DNA of 64,000 nt from a virus: IMG/VR virus record IMGVR_UViG_3300025122_000006; one strand, written 5' to 3'. Under the pieces are notes generated by a model. The model saw only the letters and a list, made by a program, of their open reading frames with translations. It was not told where the DNA came from and ran no database searches. Below are positions 55,446 to 63,934 of this stretch, piece after piece (the first letter of the stretch is position 1; every line of letters starts with the position of its first letter). Made by a program: the position numbers and the translations under genes.

Positions 55446-55957
55446 TCTTCAATTACATAATCTACAAGAGGGCCGAGTACCTTTTCTTCTACGTCAAAGT
55501 ATTCCTCCAGAATATCAATTATATCTGATCGCTCTGTTCCCGCAGCTCGTTCATGCTTTATCATTTCGATCTCGTCGTCATAATAAAATTTATCATCATC
55601 AGTCAATTCATACAAATTCTCCGGACTGTCCGGCGCATCTATCCTCGCATCTTCAATTTGACTGATTAAACTATTCAGGGGATGCACATATTGATCAAAC
55701 CAATCGGGTGTATACACCCCCGCGGGGCCTTGTTTATATTCTCTTTGGAGTTCATCGCGCTCTTGCTTAACAATCTCTAAAGCAGCGGACAATTGTTCAT
55801 GTCCCCAGTAGGCCCACATATCTGAACTAACTGCTCTCAATTCTTGTTGAATTTGAAAAGCAGATAGTCCTCCTAGAGGAGTCAGGGCTTCTAAAAGAGT
55901 TGCTTTCTCTATCTCTTCTTGAATAACTTGTTTAAGCTGCTGCTTAGTAAGTTTCAC
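55436..55957 (-). CDS. Leader-family protein (MKLTKQQLKQVIQEEI), acidic
   Basis: Shared motif; GTG start with a GGAGG RBS. Confidence 0.65.
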   Translation of the reverse strand: MKLTKQQLKQVIQEEIEKATLLEALTPLGGLSAFQIQQELRAVSSDMWAYWGHEQLSAALEIVKQERDELQREYKQGPAGVYTPDWFDQYVHPLNSLISQIEDARIDAPDSPENLYELTDDDKFYYDDEIEMIKHERAAGTERSDIIDILEEYFDVEEKVLGPLVDYVIEEWG

Positions 55958-55960
55958 AAT

Positions 55961-56203
55961 TTACCCTCCGTGCTTCCAAGATTTCGCAAAATCAATAACA
56001 GATTGACCGCCGATGTAACACACTGCAATCATTCCCCAGATGTCCGGATCGAGACTTGCCCAGAGCATAAGACCTGTCGCTGTGAGAAACACAAGTAACT
56101 TACGACTTACAACTTTTTCTTGCAAGGAATCGAGCATCCCTTTGTCTTTATTCTTGAGATACAATTCATTTTGTATCATTACTTTACTTTCTTCTTTATC
56201 CAT
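55961..56203 (-). CDS. Small two-TM protein, holin candidate
   Basis: Start MDKEESK at 56203 (AAGGAG RBS); SRKLLVFLTATGLMLW...WGMIAVCYIGGQSVID resembles small phage holins. Confidence 0.6.
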   Translation of the reverse strand: MDKEESKVMIQNELYLKNKDKGMLDSLQEKVVSRKLLVFLTATGLMLWASLDPDIWGMIAVCYIGGQSVIDFAKSWKHGG

Positions 56204-56454
56204 TACAATTCTCCTTCTAGTTTTCGGATTAGCCAAAAATACTTTTTCCTTTCTCTCGGCGTAAGATCCTTACCCGACACTACCTTTTGATGAAGTTTTT
56301 CTTTTTCTTCGAGCGCTGTCTCGTGCGCAGTTTTTCTCGGCGTGGGCTCGGTATGACCACCGACAGATCCAGCAACGGGCCCCATTGATAGCTCTTCAAG
56401 AGATTCAAGTTCTTCCTTAATGATTTGCTTCAGTTGTTCTTTTGTTAATTTCAT
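56203..56454 (-). CDS. Leader-family protein (MKLTKEQLKQIIKEEL)
   Basis: Consensus leader; TAATG overlap with the Mre11-Rad50 stop. Confidence 0.65.
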   Translation of the reverse strand: MKLTKEQLKQIIKEELESLEELSMGPVAGSVGGHTEPTPRKTAHETALEEKEKLHQKVVSGKDLTPRERKKYFWLIRKLEGEL

Positions 56455-59400
56455 TAGATTTTTACCTTTGCAAAGCCATCTGCTTTTTGAATGTCGATTG
56501 TCTTGTCGACAATATCCTTTAAAGATTCGAGATGGGAAATTAAGAGAACCGTTTTAAATTGGCTTTTAATCATTTGAAGAAGACGAATAAAGCCTTCCAT
56601 ATGATCTTGATCCAATGCTGTTGCTGGTTCGTCAAGAATAAATAGTTCCGATTTTGGTAAATTGGTTACTGAAATCAAAGCAAGGCGGATAGCCATTGAT
56701 GCAATTGTCTTCTCCGCACCAGATCCCATCGACAATGGTCTAGGATCATACTTCGGATGTTTAATATATATTTCTAATTTATTATCAACATTATCAAAGA
56801 AAACTTCAAAGTCCACAATAGTATTAAGCACAGAAGATATCTCTTTGTTAATAATAGGGAGCATTGATTTAATGACCTGATAAGATACGCCATTGGCATG
56901 CATAGCTTGAATATATAAATCATAAGCGATAAATTCTTTTTCAGCGTCATCAATTTGTTTAATATGTTCTTTTGCTTCTTCAATTAAGCGCCGGGTGGAA
57001 CCCTCCTCAGACATGAGAATCATAATCTTCTTGTTACACTTTTCAAGCTCTTCTTGCTTCTTACTCACCGTTAATTTGATTGCCCGAAGGTCTCTTTGTA
57101 AGGATTCCAGATTATCATATGCTTCTTGGTTTTTATAATAGTGCTCAATCTTCGCAAGGGTTTCTTCGATCTCCTTTCCCGTGAGAGCCTTCTTGCTCTC
57201 GTGTGCCTCATTTTGAGCGCGTATTTTTTGTATCTTTGCTTCATTTGTCTTGCTCTTTGTTAATTTATTTTTATAGTCCTCGATTGCATTCTTTACGGAC
57301 TTTATGTCAATCTTGCCAAGGAGTTCGTTATTTAGAAAAATCTCATCATTAACCTCTTCAAGTTTCTCTTGAGACTTTATGATTTCTTTCTTTGCTTTGT
57401 GCGCTTCTTTTACGAACTGGTTATCACAGCAGAATTCACAATTAGGATCGTATTCGTGATCATGAAGCAAATCAATCTTCGCTTGGTAATTGGCAATCTT
57501 TGAGGCTAAATCCCTCTGTCTTATTTTTAATCTACGACCAAGATCGGTCAAGGATTTATGCTGCTCTTGTTGGCCGGTGTACTCATCGAGATTAAAATTA
57601 TCGATAAAGCCTTTTAAACGCTCTTTTAAGGCCACCAAGCCCTTTACATAACTGTCGCCACTCTCAATCGCTTTAGAGATATCCCGCTGGACTTCACGCT
57701 TCTCTTCAAGCATATCAAGAAGAATGCGAATATCTACTGGTTCAGCCCCAATTGATCTTAGCTGTTCTTCTATTATCTTTTGTTCTTCTAGAAGATCCTT
57801 GGTTCTCGCTGCGTGTTTTTCACAAAGGTCAGATTGGTTGGCTATGTCTTCTAAAATTTCAGAAAGAGCTTCTTGATTCCATTTTAGCTTTTTGCGCCAA
57901 TCAACAGAGTTTAAGTGTTTAATCACGCCTTTCTTTTCGGCCGAATCTTTCTTCGCAAGTTTATGTTTTTCCTCAAACATCTTAAGGTCAAGAAACTTCG
58001 CAAGAATTTCTTTGCGCTTTGTTGAGCCTTCATTAATAAAACCAAACGCATCCATCTGGGAAGCCATAGAAGTGATCATAAAGTCATTATAGTTCCCAAA
58101 TGTTTTGCGAATAATTTCGTCTGTTGCATTGCGAGTCATGCCGTTTTTACTTTCGGGATGAATACCCAAAGCATATTTGGTAAAGTCCAACTCTGTCTTT
58201 ACCTCTTTGGTTTCTTTGCCTTTTAATTTTTTCTGATATGTTTCGAGGTTCCTCGTGATCTTGTAGGTATCATCACCGACTCCGATCTCGAGTTGACACT
58301 TAGCCTTTTCGCGATTTTGATTGACGATATGGACATTTTTTCTCTCTCCTTTTGACGTAGTGTTAAACAGCCCAAATAAAGCGGCATCGATGATACTTGA
58401 CTTGCCTGAATAATTTTTGCCGAAAATTCCAACAAGACCATTTAACTTGTCAAAATCAATTTCATTACTTTCGCCGTAGTTAAATAGATTGCTCCATTTC
58501 ATTTTCTTAAGTTTCCAAACAATATTTCTAGAAACATCATCGGTATTTTTAATTTGTCTAGAATATTCGCGGTTGAGTTCTAAAATTCTTTCCAAAATAT
58601 CATCGGTTATTTCTTTATCAGATAAGAACGCTTTGATATATTTTTCTTGAGTATTTTGATCACGCATGTTAATCGCTTTACCATCTTGATGTACAATAGA
58701 CGAATTGGAGTATCCTGCTCGATTAACAAGGTTAATTGAATAAGGACTCCACTTAGCATTAGCATAATCACATGCCCTTCGTAGTTTTATTAAAGGCAAG
58801 TTATAATTTGAAACCAGACGAAGACGGGAATTTTTTGGCACTTTAACTTTTGGTAAAGTACCATTTTGATTGATTTCCACCGTATAAAATGGTCGAGGAG
58901 ACATAAATAATCTTTTTTCAACATTGAAATTTTCTTTATCTCGGATGTCCCACAAGAGGTAACCTTTTCTAAGAGACTCTCCAAAATTCTGCTGAACAGT
59001 GGAACCCGCATACCAGACTCGACCATCTACATCTAACTTTTGCGTCTTATGAATATCACCAAGCATAGCAAAATCGAAATCACGGAATATATCAACATCG
59101 TCCTCACCATTATCAAGACTCCACTCTTCATTAATTTCACATCCCATAATAGCACCATGATAAAGCGCAATATTTACCCTAGATTTATCAGAAGGAGAGA
59201 CCCAGTTGTCTCTATCAAACACAGAGAGGACATTAAGGCAGATAGAATTGTCCAACTGGGTCTCTCCAGAATTTTTTAATAAATTTAAATTGGGATGTTG
59301 TAATGCTTCAATAATCGGTGATATTGCATCCTGCCTATTACCATTCTTAAGATTACCATCATGATTTCCTAAAATAATGAATGTTGGGGCGATATCCGCA

Positions 59401-59603
59401 AGATTTTTAAGAAAATCAGCGCACAACTCAAAGTATTCCGGAGAGAGTTGTGTCTTTGTATGAGCTATATCTCCGGTATGGATAATATAATCTGGCTTAT
59501 CATTCTCAAGGCTCTCATATATATCTTTAAAAACTTTCTTGTATTCATCATGATATTTCACGTTACGAATATGTGTGTCTGAAATGTGTGCAAAAGTAGT
59601 CAT
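56454..59603 (-). CDS. Fused Mre11-Rad50 (SbcD-SbcC; gp47-gp46-like) nuclease-ATPase
   Basis: N-terminal metallophosphoesterase motifs SDTH, GDIAH, GNHD and GDIH; then Walker A GKNYSGKSS, coiled coil with a CEFC hook, signature SGAEK, Walker B ILDEP and ISH. Confidence 0.93.
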   Translation of the reverse strand: MTTFAHISDTHIRNVKYHDEYKKVFKDIYESLENDKPDYIIHTGDIAHTKTQLSPEYFELCADFLKNLADIAPTFIILGNHDGNLKNGNRQDAISPIIEALQHPNLNLLKNSGETQLDNSICLNVLSVFDRDNWVSPSDKSRVNIALYHGAIMGCEINEEWSLDNGEDDVDIFRDFDFAMLGDIHKTQKLDVDGRVWYAGSTVQQNFGESLRKGYLLWDIRDKENFNVEKRLFMSPRPFYTVEINQNGTLPKVKVPKNSRLRLVSNYNLPLIKLRRACDYANAKWSPYSINLVNRAGYSNSSIVHQDGKAINMRDQNTQEKYIKAFLSDKEITDDILERILELNREYSRQIKNTDDVSRNIVWKLKKMKWSNLFNYGESNEIDFDKLNGLVGIFGKNYSGKSSIIDAALFGLFNTTSKGERKNVHIVNQNREKAKCQLEIGVGDDTYKITRNLETYQKKLKGKETKEVKTELDFTKYALGIHPESKNGMTRNATDEIIRKTFGNYNDFMITSMASQMDAFGFINEGSTKRKEILAKFLDLKMFEEKHKLAKKDSAEKKGVIKHLNSVDWRKKLKWNQEALSEILEDIANQSDLCEKHAARTKDLLEEQKIIEEQLRSIGAEPVDIRILLDMLEEKREVQRDISKAIESGDSYVKGLVALKERLKGFIDNFNLDEYTGQQEQHKSLTDLGRRLKIRQRDLASKIANYQAKIDLLHDHEYDPNCEFCCDNQFVKEAHKAKKEIIKSQEKLEEVNDEIFLNNELLGKIDIKSVKNAIEDYKNKLTKSKTNEAKIQKIRAQNEAHESKKALTGKEIEETLAKIEHYYKNQEAYDNLESLQRDLRAIKLTVSKKQEELEKCNKKIMILMSEEGSTRRLIEEAKEHIKQIDDAEKEFIAYDLYIQAMHANGVSYQVIKSMLPIINKEISSVLNTIVDFEVFFDNVDNKLEIYIKHPKYDPRPLSMGSGAEKTIASMAIRLALISVTNLPKSELFILDEPATALDQDHMEGFIRLLQMIKSQFKTVLLISHLESLKDIVDKTIDIQKADGFAKVKI

Positions 59604-59630
59604 TTGTCCTCCGTATTACTTTCTTATTAT

Positions 59631-59659
59631 AGGATAACCCATATCGCGTAAGTTGTCAA
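59631..59659 (-). promoter_or_regulatory. Sigma70-type promoter
   Basis: TTGACA-17 nt-TATCCT, followed by a GGAGGACAA RBS. Confidence 0.65.
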
Positions 59660-59694
59660 GTATAAAACTTAGTGTTTCCATTTTTTCTTCGAAG

Positions 59695-59778
59695 TAGGGT
59701 CGGAGGGACTTGAACCCTCACGCTCATGCGAGCAACGGATTTTAAGTCCGTTGTGTCTACCAATTCCACCACGACCCC
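59695..59778 (-). tRNA. tRNA-Leu (anticodon UAA); CCA not encoded
   Basis: GGGGTCGTGGTGGAATTGGTAGACACAACGGAC-TTAAAA-TCCGTTGCTCGCATGAGCGTGAGGGTTCAAGTCCCTCCGACCCTA forms a full cloverleaf with a long variable arm, discriminator A and a G1:U72 pair. Confidence 0.95.
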
Positions 59779-59779
59779 C

Positions 59780-60715
59780 TTAAATATTTTTTAATTGTTT
59801 TTCGAGGAAATACATATCGTTATCAATCTCTTCCGCCATATTTAATTTTTCTAAAAACACTGATCGTGTCATAGAACCAACATCTTCATAATACTCAAGG
59901 TTTATTTTTTTAACCTCAAGGTCGTATTTCATCATGGATCTGATAATCCAATGTGCTTTCTTTTCTGCATCTGAATCTAGGGCAACATATACCGGTGTAT
60001 CATGAATCGCCAAAGCCTGAAATAGTTTTGAGTCTTCTCTAAGGGTCGAGCCAAGAATGGGAATAACATTGTCGCCAACAACGATGGCATCAAAAATACC
60101 CTCAACAATAATCACGGGCTCATCCCAATCAATCATCAGTTCATTAAAAACAATGTCGCGACCACAGGGTGGATTAAGATACCTACGATTATGCCCCACA
60201 TATGAACGAGCAATAAAATAATTACAATCTCCGTCGTTGTCAATAGATGGGATGATAATTCTTCCTGCATAGTGTCCTTCCTTACAATATCCTATTTTCC
60301 ATTTTAAAATCTCAGATTTACTTATTCCTCTTTTCCTAAGATAGTCCAGCGGAGCCTGAGAACGCAATGGCAGATGTTTGTTGCACAAAGAAATAAACTC
60401 TTGTGGTAATTCAATTTTTTGTTTTATTTCAATATCACCTAGTTCTTTAAAGATATCTTCGAACTCTGTGAGGTCTAAACGACCTTGCAATTCAAGATAC
60501 TTTTGTCTTTGTTGGTAATCCCCAAACTTTCTTACAAGTCGGTAAATATTCTTTCCTCGTGCATCACACACCCAACATTTAAAAGAGTTAATCGAAAAGT
60601 TGACCGACATCTTCTTCTTGTGGTGTTTGCAATACGGGCACGAATATAGGTATTCATCGCCAGAACGACGATATGAACCGAGGATGTCGGTTATTATCTT
60701 TCGTTTATCATTCAT
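59780..60715 (-). CDS. dnaG: DNA primase (Zn-finger + TOPRIM)
   Basis: CPYC...FKCWVC, YLRKRGI, RIIIP, RYLNP, IVEGIFDA and ALDSDA. Confidence 0.9.
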   Translation of the reverse strand: MNDKRKIITDILGSYRRSGDEYLYSCPYCKHHKKKMSVNFSINSFKCWVCDARGKNIYRLVRKFGDYQQRQKYLELQGRLDLTEFEDIFKELGDIEIKQKIELPQEFISLCNKHLPLRSQAPLDYLRKRGISKSEILKWKIGYCKEGHYAGRIIIPSIDNDGDCNYFIARSYVGHNRRYLNPPCGRDIVFNELMIDWDEPVIIVEGIFDAIVVGDNVIPILGSTLREDSKLFQALAIHDTPVYVALDSDAEKKAHWIIRSMMKYDLEVKKINLEYYEDVGSMTRSVFLEKLNMAEEIDNDMYFLEKQLKNI

Positions 60716-60732
60716 GTTGTCCTCTCATGTAT

Positions 60733-60760
60733 AATATAACATGTTGAGACGATTTGTCAA
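60733..60760 (-). promoter_or_regulatory. Sigma70-type promoter for primase
   Basis: TTGACA-16 nt-TATATT. Confidence 0.7.
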
Positions 60761-60773
60761 GTGTTTTCTAAAA

Positions 60774-61661
60774 TTAAACTTCAACTCCGAAGACACTTTC
60801 GACAAGAGGAGGGATTTCTTGTGAGGTTACATAACCATCTCTTCCTGCATGTTCGGGTTGCAAGAGGATGTATCGGGACTTGCCTTCTGTCCACGCAGGG
60901 TGCTTCTCTGATCGGGTTCCCCATAAATCTTCTTGGAGCCCAGACACTATCGTTAGACTTAGTTTCTCTCTGCTGTATTCAGGCGCTAAGTTCTTTATTT
61001 GCAATTTAAACTCTTGCAGAACCCAGGAAGATTCTTTTCCCTTATAAAAACTAAACCAGATGTCCACTGCGGGATAGTCTTTATCTCCCACAAATCTCCT
61101 TCGGGAAATGCTACCATTTCGTACCCCTAAGGTATCCTCATGTATGTATAGCTCCCATCGATTTGGGACACCAAAATCCATACCAAATGTTTGCGTTGCC
61201 ATGCTTAGAATCTCTTGTCTAAAGTTTACAACCTCTCCGACAGTCAATCGCCCAGTATATCCGATATCTTCATTGCCGACAGGAATTTCTGCTTTTTGGA
61301 GTTCTTTCATCATGTCATCAGTGAAAAGAGGACGGGAAGGATAAACCTGAACGCTGTCCATGTCCCAATTAATAATATCAAGTGGTTCGTATAATTGTTC
61401 CTCGGGAAATAAAACTTCTAATGCTCCCCGCGGGGATCCTCCTTTATAAAGGGCGTTCGCCAAAACATATTTTATCTGATTTTGTTGTTCCTCTGACAAA
61501 TCGTCAATCAGAGATTGGTAGAGATCGAGAGCCATTTCAGGAGCGCTTTCAGCAACATTTATGAGGTTGTCGATCTCTTCTTGATCTATGGAAAAAGATT
61601 CTTCTTCATCTTCCAATGCTTCAAGGATTAGTGCTTTTAATGCTATTTCTGTTAACTTCAT
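60774..61661 (-). CDS. Leader-family protein (MKLTEIALKALILEAL), acidic
   Basis: Shared motif; ACTAATTA at 61680-61687. Confidence 0.65.
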   Translation of the reverse strand: MKLTEIALKALILEALEDEEESFSIDQEEIDNLINVAESAPEMALDLYQSLIDDLSEEQQNQIKYVLANALYKGGSPRGALEVLFPEEQLYEPLDIINWDMDSVQVYPSRPLFTDDMMKELQKAEIPVGNEDIGYTGRLTVGEVVNFRQEILSMATQTFGMDFGVPNRWELYIHEDTLGVRNGSISRRRFVGDKDYPAVDIWFSFYKGKESSWVLQEFKLQIKNLAPEYSREKLSLTIVSGLQEDLWGTRSEKHPAWTEGKSRYILLQPEHAGRDGYVTSQEIPPLVESVFGVEV

Positions 61662-61678
61662 AGGAGATCCTCACCCTA

Positions 61679-62227
61679 CTAATTAGTGAAGATTTTCCTT
61701 ATTTGTTCTTCTTTTACGTGGCTTGGAATGAATCTTTCTATAGATTTGTGCTGGGACAAAGCCTCTCGGAACTCTGTTGCAGAAATAAACTCTTCTTGTT
61801 CGTAGAGCGAAGGTACTTGAATGATCTTCGAAGTTACTTCTCGAAAGTGACTTACAAAGCCTGCCTGGTATCCTTCATCTTTGGATGAAACGCCTAAACA
61901 AATCTTGTTTTCGCTTTCTTCATAGTTTTCCTCAGCCCAATCATACACATCTGCGAAAGGGTTCGTATAAGCGCCTCTAGCGCCCTTTCTAGGCTTCGCA
62001 CGTTGATAGACGACCTTGGGGTGCTTGAGGATGCCATAGGCCTCTAGAACGGCTTCTGCTTGCTCTAGAGAGACTTCAAAGTCTTGTCCCGCTTCGCGAA
62101 GCCTATCTCCGCAAAAAACCCTCACCTCAGATACGTGTGGGTTGGTGATGTAGTGCATAAAGAATTTGTAATGCCCTACGTGAGGCGGTTTGAATCCGCC
62201 GGGTATTAATACGGTTAGCTTGGTCAT
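61679..62227 (-). CDS. HxGH-family nucleotidyl/cytidylyltransferase-like protein
   Basis: PGGFKPPHVGH and ISATEFRE; start ATG 62227 behind GGAGGACAC. Confidence 0.8.
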   Translation of the reverse strand: MTKLTVLIPGGFKPPHVGHYKFFMHYITNPHVSEVRVFCGDRLREAGQDFEVSLEQAEAVLEAYGILKHPKVVYQRAKPRKGARGAYTNPFADVYDWAEENYEESENKICLGVSSKDEGYQAGFVSHFREVTSKIIQVPSLYEQEEFISATEFREALSQHKSIERFIPSHVKEEQIRKIFTN

Positions 62228-62254
62228 TGTGTCCTCCAATGTTCATAATAAGAT

Positions 62255-62283
62255 ATTATAACGTGTTAAGAACGATTTGTCAA
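62255..62283 (-). promoter_or_regulatory. Consensus sigma70 promoter
   Basis: TTGACA-17 nt-TATAAT. Confidence 0.85.
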
Positions 62284-62287
62284 GTTT

Positions 62288-62497
62288 TTATTTAGGTGCT
62301 ACCACAGAACCATCTGGCATTTCGTGTGTCCCTGCTGCAGTTCTCGCTTGGATTTCAATAATAGCCATCATGTGTTCTGAGTCCATTCCAGCCTCGAGTG
62401 CTTGGTGTACGGCCGCGGTGAATGCTTCTCCGGGCTCCTGAATTGAATCCAACTCTTCTTTAATAATTCGTTTTAGTTGTTCTGTTGTAATTTTCAT
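62288..62497 (-). CDS. Leader-family protein (MKITTEQLKRIIKEEL)
   Basis: Shared motif; GGAGG RBS in the 3' end of the upstream gene. Confidence 0.65.
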   Translation of the reverse strand: MKITTEQLKRIIKEELDSIQEPGEAFTAAVHQALEAGMDSEHMMAIIEIQARTAAGTHEMPDGSVVAPK

Positions 62498-62501
62498 TAT
62501 A

Positions 62502-63353
62502 CTATAAACCTCCCCTCATTAAGGCTGAATAATTTTCTTCATATTCTGTTTTAAGAACCAATATTAGATCTTCTAGATCCTTCATATAAACATCATCAAA
62601 AATAGGATCTCTTACGACAGTCAGCATTTCTCTGATAATTTGATATTGGTTTCTGAATCCAAAAGGAAACTCTTCCAGATCCTTGGCAATTTTCTCTGCC
62701 TTGGCTGCTTCCTCTGCTTCCTCTTCTTCTTTCCATTTTCGTCTTCTCTCCTCTGCTGCTTTGTCCCACTCTTCTTGTTCCTCAGGTGTTCTCCATGGGA
62801 TAGCTTGTATTAAAGGGCCGGACACACGCTCCAGCAGGGCATCTGCAGGAAGCGACTCTCCCAATAATTTTCGAAAAGGATTTGCTGCCGATAACATGTT
62901 GTACAACCCGCCCACTGCTTTAAAAACCTTTAGGCGACGCGAGATGGCTTGACTCATGGATTTAAAAAAATGTCCCAGACTACTGCCCATTTTTTGTTTA
63001 ATAAGTTCATAATTCTTTTCTTCTCTCTCGGGGGGTGCGTCAAATTTTCCTGCTTTAATGCGATTGTATTTGTCTTTAACTAAATAATACAAATCAACCA
63101 CCCACATATCTCCAGTGGTTTTCGAAGGTCTGGTTGCCGAATGGGACATATCACCTACAAATTCACCACCAGGGTCGAAATCTCGGAGGTCTCGATTAAA
63201 ATAATCTTTTGCAGTTGAAATTAGTTTTCCCGAAAGATCCACTAGTTCTTGTGCCCTAGATAGAAGTTCCGGATTAACATCCTGCTTATCTTCTTCTTTC
63301 AACCACTTATTAAAATTTTCGGTTAATAATTTGAATTCTTCGTGTTTACTCAT
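62502..63353 (-). CDS. Hypothetical protein with leader variant FKLLTENFNKWLKEE
   Basis: GAGGA RBS; ACTATTTA at 63377-63384. Confidence 0.6.
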   Translation of the reverse strand: MSKHEEFKLLTENFNKWLKEEDKQDVNPELLSRAQELVDLSGKLISTAKDYFNRDLRDFDPGGEFVGDMSHSATRPSKTTGDMWVVDLYYLVKDKYNRIKAGKFDAPPEREEKNYELIKQKMGSSLGHFFKSMSQAISRRLKVFKAVGGLYNMLSAANPFRKLLGESLPADALLERVSGPLIQAIPWRTPEEQEEWDKAAEERRRKWKEEEEAEEAAKAEKIAKDLEEFPFGFRNQYQIIREMLTVVRDPIFDDVYMKDLEDLILVLKTEYEENYSALMRGGL

Positions 63354-63394
63354 TTAAATTTTCCTCTTGGACTCTTTAAATAGTCCCTAGGAAA

Positions 63395-63898
63395 CTAAAA
63401 ATGTGATAATGCGACAACAATTGAATCTGCCATGTCATCTGTTCCGGGTTTTGGATTTCCGTGCCGGGTAAGAACCACTGTAAAGTCTTTGGGGTATTTC
63501 TTTTCAACCCATTCGATAATCTTTTTCTTTGTGTTCTCGCCTCTTTTGATTTTGATTCCGCTCTTTGATCTGGCTGACCTTGACGAAACAAGATCTGGCA
63601 AGATCTCGAACATCACGTATGAAAGAACAGAAATCATTCCGTTGAATCTCTGGAGCTTTGACATCGTTCCTGCTGTCGTCTTTCCGCCTGAGAACATTGT
63701 GAACGGCTCCTCTATGCGCACATGCGTTATTATATAAGTGCGTTTAATTCTAGCCAATTCGTTGTTAAAAAACTTCATCGCTCTTTCCTCAAGCGTTCCA
63801 TCTTTGAATTTCAAGAAGCTAACTTCTTTTAAATTTTGTTGATCGTCAATAACACAGTAGCCAATCTTGGATGTGCTTACATCTATTCCTAATATCAT
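63395..63898 (-). CDS. ruvC: RuvC-like Holliday junction resolvase
   Basis: ILGIDVSTSKIGYCVI, VRIEE and DDMADSIVVA acidic catalytic set. Confidence 0.85.
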   Translation of the reverse strand: MILGIDVSTSKIGYCVIDDQQNLKEVSFLKFKDGTLEERAMKFFNNELARIKRTYIITHVRIEEPFTMFSGGKTTAGTMSKLQRFNGMISVLSYVMFEILPDLVSSRSARSKSGIKIKRGENTKKKIIEWVEKKYPKDFTVVLTRHGNPKPGTDDMADSIVVALSHF

Positions 63899-63904
63899 AT
63901 ATAT

Positions 63905-63933
63905 ATTATAACATGTTATGAAAGGTTTGTCAA
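63905..63933 (-). promoter_or_regulatory. Consensus sigma70 promoter, positioned to give a leaderless ruvC mRNA
   Basis: TTGACA-17 nt-TATAAT-6 nt-ATG, with no RBS. Confidence 0.8.
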
Positions 63934-63934
63934 G

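Noticed and set aside
576-63737. Plus-strand ORFs in the ORF track (e.g. 1507-2001, 38342-38983, 38466-39149, 39444-40013)
   Set aside because: All are antisense shadows of well-supported minus-strand genes and have no recognisable motifs.
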